This document shows, piece after piece, positions 36,999-46,186 of a stretch of 64,000 bases of DNA. The stretch is from a virus (lineage: Duplodnaviria > Heunggongvirae > Uroviricota > Caudoviricetes), in the IMG/VR virus record IMGVR_UViG_3300027896_000022, positions 17,954 to 81,953 of that record; one strand, given 5' to 3'. The notes below the pieces were generated by a model, which had not been told where the DNA came from, made no database searches, and was given only the letters and a program-made list of their open reading frames with translations. Position numbers and translations under genes: made by a program. Numbering within the stretch: the first letter of the stretch is position 1; the number at the start of each line of letters is the position of its first letter.

Positions 36999-38657
36999 TT
37001 AATTATTATTGTCTTCTTGTTCTCTTATTGCTTCGGCAAGCTCATTGTTCATCGGCGTGCTATGCTCTTCTTCATAAATGATTGTTGCGGCATTGTTGAT
37101 GGACATATTTCTGGCTATCGAATTAGTGTCGAAAGGAATCTTGTCATTGTCATCGACTTCCACTCCGACATTGTTGCAATATTTCCAGAACAATCCTCTT
37201 TCCCTGATGGTTAAGGTTAAGTTTTCATCATCAATCAGATTCTTATATTCCATTTCTAGATTCATCGGCGTGATTGTTTCTTTCTCCAGCGGATAAATAA
37301 TCTTAATTAAGTCTTTGACATCGTTGGCGATCCGCATGGCGTAAGGCAAGCCGATAATTACTAATTTCTCTTTCTCTATCTTCATGGTTAAAGGATTGAT
37401 GGTCTTTCTTTTTGAAGCGTAAGTCTTTTCAAACATCCGCTCCATCATTTCATCCATGGCTTGCTTGTCTGATCTGGTTTTGATTTCTTCTTTGCCGCAG
37501 AGCAATTCCTTGTCTTGGTTGAAGATGATCGGCGTGTCCAATCCTTTCTTCAAGCCGAAGAGATAATAATTGTTCTTCAATTTCCATTCGAAAGCGGCCA
37601 CATGCTTCTTGAAAGATTCGACCATGTCGGCGACATTGATATCATTGTTGTATTTGATGTCTATCGCTTCGGTCATGATGTCCAGATTCTTTTTGTTGGC
37701 GATCTCTTTGAACTTCTTGTCGTTTATCAGAATCTTGAAAGACGGATCTTTTATCTTGGTTGATTTTTCCAGGTTCCAGCCGACTACGATATTGTATTCG
37801 GCCTTCTGCTTGTCCTCCATCACTTTCTTGGGGTTGAGGATGTAATCCACTTCGGCTTTATAATCGTTATAAAGCTCGAAAGTCTTGACCGCTTTTTTGA
37901 TATCGTTGAACAGCTTTTCGGTGACGCCGATATATTCGGTCACCGCCAGCTTATGCAGGGCAAAAGCCTGCTCTCGGTTGCGATAAACGATGTACATATA
38001 CTTCTTGAAATTTTCCGGCTGATACAAGATTTCGTTATAGACTACGGCGAAATACGCCAAAGTCGCTCTGGTTATTTTTTCTGTCACTAGCCATTCGGCC
38101 GATGGCGTTCGGAACTCATAAGTGAAATCATATCCGCTGCCGTTACTGAAAGCGTTGTCGCCATGAAAATCGGTGAGAGTTCCATAGCCGCCTCCCTGCG
38201 ATCTGATCCGCAGATTCATTTTATTCTCGCTAATTAAAACCGGCAGATAGAAGCTGGCGATTTTCTTGTGCAGGCTTTCCACCAGCTTTTGATTGTCGTG
38301 CATCTCTTGGGAAATCTGAAAATGGATATGGCCTCCGACCGGCGCGTGGATTGAGAGCACTGACATGTCGCACATTGACAGATGCTGGTGCGATTGGGTG
38401 ATAATGCTTTTGATGTTTCCTGCCAGCTCTTCTATTGAATTGCTTGGCTTGGGCCTTAATTCGCCGGTGGCGCTACAGCCGTCCCAGCCCATTTCGCCTC
38501 CTTCGCAGGCGAATCCCGAGCTCTTTATCAGGAATCCTTTCTTTCTTTTTAAATTGCTTTCCAGCAATTCGCAGGCGTCCACTCTCTTGCCTTGATAGAC
38601 GAAAGAGAATTCCGGGTCTGCTCCTAGTTTGAATTTTAGTTTGTTTGTTTCAATCAT
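36999..38657 (-). CDS. Large hypothetical enzyme-like protein. It may be a carboxylate-amine (amidoligase-type) ligase partnered with the adjacent GATase.
   Basis: 552-aa ORF immediately upstream of the GATase on the same strand. The N-terminal LGADPEFSF vaguely resembles the GvElEf start of GCS2/amidoligase families. The assignment is weak. Confidence 0.25.
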   Translation of the reverse strand: MIETNKLKFKLGADPEFSFVYQGKRVDACELLESNLKRKKGFLIKSSGFACEGGEMGWDGCSATGELRPKPSNSIEELAGNIKSIITQSHQHLSMCDMSVLSIHAPVGGHIHFQISQEMHDNQKLVESLHKKIASFYLPVLISENKMNLRIRSQGGGYGTLTDFHGDNAFSNGSGYDFTYEFRTPSAEWLVTEKITRATLAYFAVVYNEILYQPENFKKYMYIVYRNREQAFALHKLAVTEYIGVTEKLFNDIKKAVKTFELYNDYKAEVDYILNPKKVMEDKQKAEYNIVVGWNLEKSTKIKDPSFKILINDKKFKEIANKKNLDIMTEAIDIKYNNDINVADMVESFKKHVAAFEWKLKNNYYLFGLKKGLDTPIIFNQDKELLCGKEEIKTRSDKQAMDEMMERMFEKTYASKRKTINPLTMKIEKEKLVIIGLPYAMRIANDVKDLIKIIYPLEKETITPMNLEMEYKNLIDDENLTLTIRERGLFWKYCNNVGVEVDDNDKIPFDTNSIARNMSINNAATIIYEEEHSTPMNNELAEAIREQEDNNN

Positions 38658-38664
38658 AGGTTTG

Positions 38665-39084
38665 TTAAATTAATATTTCGTTATTGCAGAATTCGCAGAT
38701 GATCGACCTGTCTTCGCCGCGGAAATTCATCTTGTGGCATTCCGGGCATTCGACAGAAGGAAAGTAGTTAGCGACTCTTTCCTCCGGCGATATGTCATTG
38801 TTTCTGCGTACGGGATTTATTATCACATGCTCTTGCAGACGTTCTTCAGAGTTGCAATCATCCAATGAATCCACAATGTCTTCGCTAAAATTAATTTCTT
38901 CGTCGCACTCTGGGCAATGATAAGTATATTCATCCGTGCTGTAATCATTGGAATCATGGTCGGTTGTTTCAGAATTGCCTCCGTCTAAATCGCAGGTTCC
39001 ATATTCGGTTCCTGTTTCAGTGTAATAGCAGCGATAATCCAGATTGGTTATTTCTGCTCGGCAGTATCGGCAATATTTTGGCAT
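38665..39084 (-). CDS. Acidic zinc-ribbon protein
   Basis: Several CxxC pairs: CRYC, CPEC, CPEC and CEFC. Confidence 0.45.
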   Translation of the reverse strand: MPKYCRYCRAEITNLDYRCYYTETGTEYGTCDLDGGNSETTDHDSNDYSTDEYTYHCPECDEEINFSEDIVDSLDDCNSEERLQEHVIINPVRRNNDISPEERVANYFPSVECPECHKMNFRGEDRSIICEFCNNEILI

Positions 39085-39272
39085 ATGCTTGATTCTTCTT
39101 TTGGCAGATCATTGCTGATGAAAGCCATGGTGTCAGCCAAAAGACTGTTGATTTCTTCTTCCTCTTCGTTGCGGCAAAGCAAGACATCTTCGACCTTGAT
39201 AGATTCTCTCAATGCTTTTCCTTCCGGCGTTATAGCCAGATTGCCATCGAACGGATTGAAGCTTTTGTTCAT
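39048..39272 (-). CDS. Small hypothetical protein
   Basis: 74-aa ORF. Confidence 0.3.
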   Translation of the reverse strand: MNKSFNPFDGNLAITPEGKALRESIKVEDVLLCRNEEEEEINSLLADTMAFISNDLPKEESSICQNIADTAEQK

Positions 39273-39290
39273 AAAGTTTTTGTTAGTTGA

Positions 39291-39614
39291 TTAGCGATTG
39301 TTGGATATGTATTCATCCAGTCTTTTTTGTAAAGTGGCGGTCACTCGGTTATACTTCATCATCCATCTGATGTTGCCGATGCTGGCTCCTGTTCTGGCAG
39401 GCAGCATTTTCTTGACTTTATTCATGGATAGATTGATGGTTTCCATAACTTTGTACAGCTCTTCTCCTGTCCAAGAACGGCGTCTGACGCCTCTGCCATA
39501 CTTTGGCGTTTTGACTGTCACTTTGATTTTTTCCGGTTTGGAAATCTTGGCAAAGTCCAGGCATTCGCTGACTGTCCCTTCGCCGACAATTCCATTGGGC
39601 ATGTAAATTTTCAT
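39291..39614 (-). CDS. Hypothetical protein
   Basis: 107-aa ORF. Confidence 0.4.
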   Translation of the reverse strand: MKIYMPNGIVGEGTVSECLDFAKISKPEKIKVTVKTPKYGRGVRRRSWTGEELYKVMETINLSMNKVKKMLPARTGASIGNIRWMMKYNRVTATLQKRLDEYISNNR

Positions 39615-39679
39615 AGTTTGTTTTCTTTATTAATTAAAGGTTTTTCTTTTGGGGAAAAACCACAAAAAAGTAGTAGGAA

Positions 39680-40033
39680 TTATTTTATTCTGCCTAAGAA
39701 GAATATGGTCTGCTTGTCCAGTTGGATTTCGCCCCGCATGTCTTCTTCGTACAGGTAATTAATTATTTCTTGGTTGCTGCCTTGTTCGTCTTGTAATTGA
39801 TTGACAGCCATCTCGCATTTGTTTATTCTTCCTGTCATGCTTTGTTTGCCGTCATGATAATTGGTTACGGCCACCAGCGTGATAAACGCTAAGCCCAGTA
39901 GTACGAAGATTGTTTTCGTAATGCATTCTTTCATAGTTGTATTGTTAATTATTAAATGCTTTTGCCTTATAGGCAAAAGCTCAAAAAAATAGTAAAAGAA
40001 AAGAAGGGAAGAAATAAATCTTCCCTTCTTCAT
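39680..40033 (-). CDS. Small membrane or secreted protein. The true start is probably internal (MKECITKTIFVLLGLAFITLVAV).
   Basis: Hydrophobic helix. Confidence 0.35.
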   Translation of the reverse strand: MKKGRFISSLLFFYYFFELLPIRQKHLIINNTTMKECITKTIFVLLGLAFITLVAVTNYHDGKQSMTGRINKCEMAVNQLQDEQGSNQEIINYLYEEDMRGEIQLDKQTIFFLGRIK

Positions 40034-40188
40034 TCGTCACTCGCCTTGATCAATGTCGGCTCCGTAAAAATCACTTGTGTGACTTGGCACGGCTTGATGA
40101 TTGTCGGTCCCAGCGAAATTGTTTTGCTGGGCAGATAAGCGAAAGAAAAGACTGCGGAAAGAGCAATGATTGATAATGCTAAACGCAT
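40030..40188 (-). CDS. Small secreted or signal-peptide protein of 52 aa (MRLALSIIALSAVFSFAYLPSK...). It is not in the ORF track.
   Basis: A strong SD (aggagga) lies 6 nt upstream of the ATG. It has an N-terminal signal-like helix. The overlapping 91-aa track ORF 40037-40312 in the other frame is probably spurious. Confidence 0.4.
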   Translation of the reverse strand: MRLALSIIALSAVFSFAYLPSKTISLGPTIIKPCQVTQVIFTEPTLIKASDE

Positions 40189-40301
40189 GCTTCCTCCTTG
40201 TTTGATTGTTGGTTATAATGCTTTCATTTATAAGACAGAATTCCAAAAAAATAGTAGTCAAAGAAAAAGGGGAAGGCATTGCTGCCTTCCCCTTAGTTCT
40301 T

Positions 40302-40484
40302 TTACTTGGCAATGACTCTGGTGCCTTTCTCTTTCAAACCGGCGATGAACGCTTGGTTATTCATGAGTGAGCAGCGATTGTCAATCTTGGCAAAACTGTA
40401 TTCTCTCATTTTGCCGTCTTTGCCTTTGCAAGTGCCTTCGAATATAACGAAGTCGCTCGCGCGTAATTCTTGGATAGGGTCCAT
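40302..40484 (-). CDS. Small hypothetical protein
   Basis: 60-aa ORF. Confidence 0.3.
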   Translation of the reverse strand: MDPIQELRASDFVIFEGTCKGKDGKMREYSFAKIDNRCSLMNNQAFIAGLKEKGTRVIAK

Positions 40485-40646
40485 AGAAATAAAATTATGA
40501 AAGGCTTAATTGCCTTTTCTGAAAAATTAGTAGTTATATAAATTGATTAAAGATTGCCGGCTGAAGGCCGTAACCGTTACGGGGAATTCAGCCTATGTGA
40601 TTAAGCCGTTAGGCTTATATATTGATGCTTGAAAAGCTATCAATAT

Positions 40647-40805
40647 TCAGGCCTGCTCAGGCTCGATGCCGCACATTTCAAACGGACGCGCTTCCTGGTC
40701 AACAGTGAAGCAGTGTCCGCATTCGCAAGTGATGCCTTCTTCTATCTCTTGCCCAGCGATGAAGCAAGGCTGATTGCAAAGAGGGCAATTGTAGAAACTT
40801 AACAT
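40647..40805 (-). CDS. Small zinc-ribbon protein of 52 aa (MLSFYNCPLCNQPC...CECGHC). It is not in the ORF track.
   Basis: ATG-to-stop ORF on the minus strand in a GC-richer patch of the 650-bp intergenic region. It has CxxC...CxCxxC. Confidence 0.3.
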   Translation of the reverse strand: MLSFYNCPLCNQPCFIAGQEIEEGITCECGHCFTVDQEARPFEMCGIEPEQA

Positions 40806-41149
40806 ATATTTTTTTATAGCAGGCAGAGCCTATGCATAGGCAAGGGTGCTGGCTGCAAGAATAAATAAAGACCGAGAGAATAGTAGTGATGAAGACTGTA
40901 TGCGATTGAGGGATTGGGGGGTTGTTCTTTTGATTCTGAAGATGTAGTAGATACTATAGTGAAATGTCCCCACCTGTAAAAAAATACTTTTTTTATCCTC
41001 ATGACCGCGATTAGGGGGCGTTCATTTGAAGTATTTCCCCAATAAAGTATTATCGTCTATAAAAAAATTTTCCAAATTTTTGTAACCTTTCCTTGACAAA
41101 AGTTAGAAGAATGTTATAAAATAGGATTATTAAAAAAAATGATAAAAAT

Positions 41150-41452
41150 ATGAATCATGTTTTTAATGGATTGAAGAAAAAAGAATTTTTTAGTGAAATT
41201 AGCCAGTTGGCCAATTTCTGTGATGAAAAGTTAGTAAGAAATGTTTATTACGCGATGATTAAAGTGATGTCCAGGGAACTGAGAAAAGGCAAAAGAGTCA
41301 AAATGCCTGATTGGGGGGATTTTTATATTCATCTTGCGGCACCCAGATTTGGGAATGATCTTAAAACTGGGATGCCAAGAAATTTTAGAATGCAAAAATT
41401 AGTTAAATTTAGGGCTGATTATAAGGTGAGGGCATATTTTAAAGCGCTTTGA
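41150..41452 (+). CDS. HU/IHF-family histone-like DNA-binding protein
   Basis: The beta-arm region GKRVKMPDWGDFYIHLAAPRFGNDLKTGMPRNFRMQKLVKFRADYKVR resembles the HU RxxRNPxTGxxIxIxAxxVxxFKxGK pattern. Confidence 0.45.
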   Translation: MNHVFNGLKKKEFFSEISQLANFCDEKLVRNVYYAMIKVMSRELRKGKRVKMPDWGDFYIHLAAPRFGNDLKTGMPRNFRMQKLVKFRADYKVRAYFKAL

Positions 41453-41461
41453 AGAAAATTG

Positions 41462-41490
41462 TTGTTGAAAATTTGGATTTGTGATATAAT
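41462..41490 (+). promoter_or_regulatory. Promoter with an extended -10 (TGaTATAAT) and a TTGTTG/TTGAAA -35
   Basis: Sequence is gttgttgaaaatttggatttgtgatataat, 45 nt upstream of the 41536 start. Confidence 0.45.
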
Positions 41491-41535
41491 AGGGACTGAT
41501 ATTTATAGATGGTCTCTATTTTTTTATAAAAAAAC

Positions 41536-44500
41536 ATGGCAACAGCAAAAATACCTTTGACTTTGGATCAAATGGAGCAGCAAAATGCAGATTTGGACAG
41601 GCAACAGGCAATTTTGGATGCAAAAGTACAAAATACAGGCAGTTTTTTCAGTGAAGCAACTCCAACTTCACCAGAATTGAATTTAGATATTCAGCAAAGG
41701 GCGTTAAATGCCAAACAAGACACGCTACAAAGCAATATATTAGCTAGAAAAGTATATGGCGACACTACTGCCATGGGGGAAGATACTGCCAGCAAGCAGG
41801 GATTGGTAGGAGGTATAGTAAATACGCTCAGTGCCCCATTATATGGCGTGGTTGGTGCGGCTAAATATGCCTTAGGCAAAAGCGACCAGCCGACATTTGG
41901 CGAGAGTGTGATGGAAAACGTTAAAAGCACCAAGGACACTTGGGGAAATTTATTGCGGCAGATGGGAACGGCACCCTTGATAGCGGCACCATTGGGATTT
42001 GGATTGGATGTGATTACCGATCCGGTGAATTTGGCGACAGGCGGATGGGCGGGGTTGGAAAGAACCGCCTTGGGAAAAATTGTCACTGGTGCGGCCAAGG
42101 CCGGAAAAGAAGGCTTGGTAGCCGGGGCCAAAACGGCAACTTTGGATTTGGCTTCCCGGATAGCCAGTGTGGTTCCAGGAATGAATGTAGATACGATTGC
42201 CAGGGATGCGGCAGAAAAGTTGGCTAAAGAAGGGGTTGCCGCCAATACTCCGGAATATATAGAGGCGGTAAAGAAGGCTTTCATTCCCGCGGACAAAGGG
42301 GTGGGAAATATTATCGGCAATATTCGCTATGGCATAAAGAATCTTTATGAAAAAACATTGACTGCCAAAAATAATTATGACGATGTGATTGGTTTTGATA
42401 TGGGCAAGATGCTGGATGCGCGGGCGGAAAGAGAAAGCATTGCTGATAAGACTAGTGCTTTGATTTCTTCAATTCCTAAGATTGGGCCCCTGCCTTCTGG
42501 GGTGGAAATGGCTGATTTCTTTTCTTACAATTCAAACAAATGGACGCAGAATGCAATCTTAATGAATAAGCTTGATGAAGCAATGGCTAAGGCGGGAAGG
42601 GTTGCGGTGGCGACGATTGATCCGCAAACTGGAGAGAAAATTTATCCGGGTGTGGAAGAATTGATGAGAGTGGTCAAAAATGTTCAAGGATTGGATCCTA
42701 ATCCGATAGCCATAAATAATGATATAAAGTTTAAAGATTTGAGCAAGATGATTGAAGACTGGGGCAATGGTTTGAAAAATGGCGCGGATGTCATGCATAT
42801 TCCTGGCGAGGATATTCGGGTAGCGTCGACGCCGGCAATGAACGATGCTTTTACGACCGAACTTAGAAACACTAATGTTTATAATGATCTTAATAACGCT
42901 CTTCGTGACATGATGGGGAAAGCCGACTTGAGTGCTGTGGATAAGTTTAGGAATTGGGTTAGCAAAGGGGTTTGGGGGAAGAATAGCGCCAAGAAAGTAG
43001 AATATGGCAAAAAGCTATTGAATTCTTATGATTTTTTGATGGGGTGGTTTAAGAACATGAAGATTTCTTCTTTGAGCCCTTCTTCCTTGGTTTATGCCAT
43101 TTTGGGTAATGGCACCATGCAGCATATGGCGGGAGTGAATATGCTTCGTCCGGAAGTATTTAATCGGATGAAAGATGCGGCAGTTCTGATGTCGGGCGGC
43201 AAGATTCCTGGGCTGGGAGGGATAAAAGAATTTGACCGCTTGGTTAATGAATTGATTGTTCATCCGAAAGATCGTTATTTAAGTGATTTTTTTACGCAAC
43301 ATAGTGATTTGGCAAGGCAAAATTTTGCTTTAAGCGGCAGGACTTTTGGTGTTCATAGTTTGGCAGATGATATTATTAATTCAACGATAGAGCAAGAGAG
43401 AAAGGTTTTGGGCAGAGATCTGACAACAATGGAGCGAAATGATATTTATAATGAGATCTACGCTAATAGAAGCAAGGAGGTTGATGCTCTTTTAAAAAGT
43501 GATACCGGGTTAGCAAGATTGAGCATGATGAATGGCACAATGCCTGCCGGGAAAGAATCAACTGGAATATTGGCTAATGAACTGGCTCCGCATAAAGCAT
43601 TTTTAAATTGGAAGAATAGTATTGCGGAAAAAGCGGCAGCACCGGGAGCGAGCAATGGCGTTAAATTTTTAAATTGGACTTTGAATAGAAGCAATGATTT
43701 TCAAATGACAGATCAGATTTGGAAATTGCAGAATTTTCTATTGCTGACTCAGGATGGCGTGACTGAAAGAGAATTGATGAAGTTGACTAATAATTTTATG
43801 TCGACAACCGCCCGGATTAATTCTTCTGATATTATTGGAACGGTTACTAAAGGAGGTCAAAAATATTATCGGATAGCTCCGGAGAAGGCGATGGAAATAG
43901 CCAATGAAACTTTCATGAACTATGCGGCCATGCCGGGATTTGTTAAAATGGTAAGAAGCATGCCGATTCTTGGTTCTCCCTTTTTCTCTTTTACTTATGC
44001 GATGCTCCAAAAGACAGCAAAGACTATGGTAAATAATCCGGCTGCTTTAAATCAGATTAATTTTTTACTGCAAGAAATGCAGCCGCCGCAAACGCCGCTG
44101 GAAAGAGAAGCGTTAAAAACTAAAGCTTATAGTTATTTAAGCCAGCCCGGAATGGTTAACTTGGGAGAAAATTTTCCGTTTTTTACTGGTAATCCTCTAT
44201 ATTTGAATTTGGCTCAAATGGTTCCTTATTATAGTTTGAATATTCTTAACCAGTCGACTAGAAATTTTAACGATACGGCCAGGGGAAAAGTAGCAACTGT
44301 CTTGGATAAATCTCCTTTAATGAAAGATCCAGTTGGTCAGTTATTGATGGATTATGTAGTGCTTCCTTCTTTAATGTATGACGAAACTCCGACTAATATG
44401 TTTGGCGGACAGTTGTATCCGACAGGCACTAGTGCTTCAGGAAAGCTTGGATATGCAACAAGATCTTTGGCTGAAGCCTTAACTCCTTCGACGGTTGCGC

Positions 44501-44724
44501 CAGTGGGGCTTGTTACTCCTGATTATTTAAAGAATTTATTGCCGAGTTATCCGGCAAGAAAATTAGGATATGCGGCTGAAGGAAAGACAGCGGTTGGAGT
44601 TCAGACAAAAGAGCCTCCGGCTCAGAAAGGATTAAGAGCATTATTAAGTACAATGGGAGTTAATCTTTATCCGGTGAATTTGACGATGGTTGCCACTGAA
44701 GTTAAAAATAAACAATTGCCGTAG
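41536..44724 (+). CDS. Large hypothetical protein of 1062 aa. It is a possible virion or ejected protein.
   Basis: Long ORF leading the late or structural block. It has an N-terminal coiled coil and no motif I can name. Confidence 0.6.
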   Translation: MATAKIPLTLDQMEQQNADLDRQQAILDAKVQNTGSFFSEATPTSPELNLDIQQRALNAKQDTLQSNILARKVYGDTTAMGEDTASKQGLVGGIVNTLSAPLYGVVGAAKYALGKSDQPTFGESVMENVKSTKDTWGNLLRQMGTAPLIAAPLGFGLDVITDPVNLATGGWAGLERTALGKIVTGAAKAGKEGLVAGAKTATLDLASRIASVVPGMNVDTIARDAAEKLAKEGVAANTPEYIEAVKKAFIPADKGVGNIIGNIRYGIKNLYEKTLTAKNNYDDVIGFDMGKMLDARAERESIADKTSALISSIPKIGPLPSGVEMADFFSYNSNKWTQNAILMNKLDEAMAKAGRVAVATIDPQTGEKIYPGVEELMRVVKNVQGLDPNPIAINNDIKFKDLSKMIEDWGNGLKNGADVMHIPGEDIRVASTPAMNDAFTTELRNTNVYNDLNNALRDMMGKADLSAVDKFRNWVSKGVWGKNSAKKVEYGKKLLNSYDFLMGWFKNMKISSLSPSSLVYAILGNGTMQHMAGVNMLRPEVFNRMKDAAVLMSGGKIPGLGGIKEFDRLVNELIVHPKDRYLSDFFTQHSDLARQNFALSGRTFGVHSLADDIINSTIEQERKVLGRDLTTMERNDIYNEIYANRSKEVDALLKSDTGLARLSMMNGTMPAGKESTGILANELAPHKAFLNWKNSIAEKAAAPGASNGVKFLNWTLNRSNDFQMTDQIWKLQNFLLLTQDGVTERELMKLTNNFMSTTARINSSDIIGTVTKGGQKYYRIAPEKAMEIANETFMNYAAMPGFVKMVRSMPILGSPFFSFTYAMLQKTAKTMVNNPAALNQINFLLQEMQPPQTPLEREALKTKAYSYLSQPGMVNLGENFPFFTGNPLYLNLAQMVPYYSLNILNQSTRNFNDTARGKVATVLDKSPLMKDPVGQLLMDYVVLPSLMYDETPTNMFGGQLYPTGTSASGKLGYATRSLAEALTPSTVAPVGLVTPDYLKNLLPSYPARKLGYAAEGKTAVGVQTKEPPAQKGLRALLSTMGVNLYPVNLTMVATEVKNKQLP

Positions 44725-44749
44725 TTTAATTAATATAAAGAAAAAAACT

Positions 44750-44941
44750 ATGCAAGATCCAGAAATTATTGACGGGGAATTTGAGGAGAAGGAAATTCTT
44801 CCCGAAGATTTTGACCCGTCTGATGAAGAGCCAGGAGAAGAAGATTTGTCTCCTGAAGAAGAATTTGAAGAAGAAGATGAAGAGTGTCCAGAAATGCTTG
44901 AAGGCATTACTAAAGATGTCGAAGAGGAACCGGAAGAATAA
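44750..44941 (+). CDS. Small highly acidic (Glu/Asp-rich) protein
   Basis: MQDPEIIDGEFEEKEILPEDFDPSDEEPGEEDL...; the internal ATG at 44750 avoids overlap with the upstream gene. Confidence 0.4.
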   Translation: MQDPEIIDGEFEEKEILPEDFDPSDEEPGEEDLSPEEEFEEEDEECPEMLEGITKDVEEEPEE

Positions 44942-45022
44942 TAATTTTTTTATAGTGTCCCTTTAGGGGGGCACTAATAAGGAAGTTATAAAGATAATTT
45001 AAATAAAATAATAATAAAATTT

Positions 45023-45628
45023 ATGGATCCAATTACAAACACGCCTACTGATTCGAATGTTGGGGCTCCTGACACAGCGACTGCGTCTGTGTCTGATACT
45101 AATGCGCCAGATCAAACAACTGAATCAGGCAATCAAGGAATGGCTACGCCAGAACAGATGGATCAGTTGAAAGAGTTGATGAATAAGATAGATGATAAAT
45201 ATCGTCAGACGAATGCTGAAGCTTTTGCTGGAGGCAATCAAACTGAAGCCCTTAGAAAAGGTTTGGTTGTTGATATGTTTAAATCTATGCAGCAATTAGG
45301 GGTTGACATGTCGGATCCGCATTCTGTTCGTCAATTTTTAGATGAGGTAGAACAAGCAAATCCAGATTTGTATGATCTTTTTGTTTCTGCTTTTGAGGGT
45401 TTGTTAGGTAATGAACAGCCAGGTGGAGCAACTGGAGAAGCACCAGGAGGGACGCCTAGCGGATTACCCAGTGGAGCACCGACTGGAGCTTTAAGTTCTA
45501 TCTTAGGGGGTGCAGCGACTCCAGATTTAACAACTCCGGGAAGCACACCATCCAATTCAGGATTAGCAGGAATGGTTCCGCCAGAAGGTGGAATTGCCAA
45601 TCAATTTCCAAATTTAGCAAAAAAATAA
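45023..45628 (+). CDS. Hypothetical protein with low-complexity Gly/Pro/Thr termini
   Basis: 201-aa ORF. Confidence 0.5.
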   Translation: MDPITNTPTDSNVGAPDTATASVSDTNAPDQTTESGNQGMATPEQMDQLKELMNKIDDKYRQTNAEAFAGGNQTEALRKGLVVDMFKSMQQLGVDMSDPHSVRQFLDEVEQANPDLYDLFVSAFEGLLGNEQPGGATGEAPGGTPSGLPSGAPTGALSSILGGAATPDLTTPGSTPSNSGLAGMVPPEGGIANQFPNLAKK

Positions 45629-45641
45629 TAAGTAAAAAAAT

Positions 45642-46181
45642 ATGAATTTAAAACCGGTAATGTTTGTGACTACCAGTTATCGTCAACATTATCAAAACAT
45701 TGCAGATCAATCCTTCATCCAAAAAGCTTTTCAAATGACTCAGGATCCCGAAAAGCTTAAACAAATGATTGGGGTAAAGGCGGTAGCTGATGTTTTTCAG
45801 ACTTTGGATAATTTAGATAAAATGGCGATTAGAAAAGATTACCATCAGGCCTTAGTGGAAAGCGGTATAGATTTTAAATTTATTGTGAAGGGAATAAAAC
45901 AAGAATGTTTGGAGGCTGATAAGCCTCAAGATAGGTTAAAGGGCTATCAAATTCTTTTAAAATCTATGGGGATGGATAGTTATGATGATAAAAAAGTGGA
46001 GGGTGGTAGTGGTTGGGAAGATGCTTTGCAGAAAGTTTTAAAAGATAAAGAGCCTATGAAAAAACTTAAGGCTCCCAAGAAAGATGATGAAGAATATAAA
46101 GTATCAGAACCTAAGATGCCTGATTCGATAAGAAAACGGAAACAGTTGGAGAAGGAAGAAGGAAAGAGTTTGTATGAATAA
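45642..46181 (+). CDS. Hypothetical protein. From its position it is a candidate terminase small subunit.
   Basis: 179-aa ORF immediately upstream of the terminase large subunit. Confidence 0.4.
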   Translation: MNLKPVMFVTTSYRQHYQNIADQSFIQKAFQMTQDPEKLKQMIGVKAVADVFQTLDNLDKMAIRKDYHQALVESGIDFKFIVKGIKQECLEADKPQDRLKGYQILLKSMGMDSYDDKKVEGGSGWEDALQKVLKDKEPMKKLKAPKKDDEEYKVSEPKMPDSIRKRKQLEKEEGKSLYE

Positions 46182-46186
46182 AAAAT

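Noticed and set aside
40037-40312. 91-aa minus ORF from the track
   Set aside because: A shorter ORF in a different frame (40030-40188) has a strong SD and a signal-peptide-like N-terminus. The 91-aa frame has neither.
41691-42320. 209-aa minus ORF inside the 1062-aa gene, and 248-aa minus ORF 55617-56363 inside capsid exon 2
   Set aside because: They are antisense to long, well-supported + strand genes. The Ala/Pro/Ser-rich translations are typical of antisense frames.
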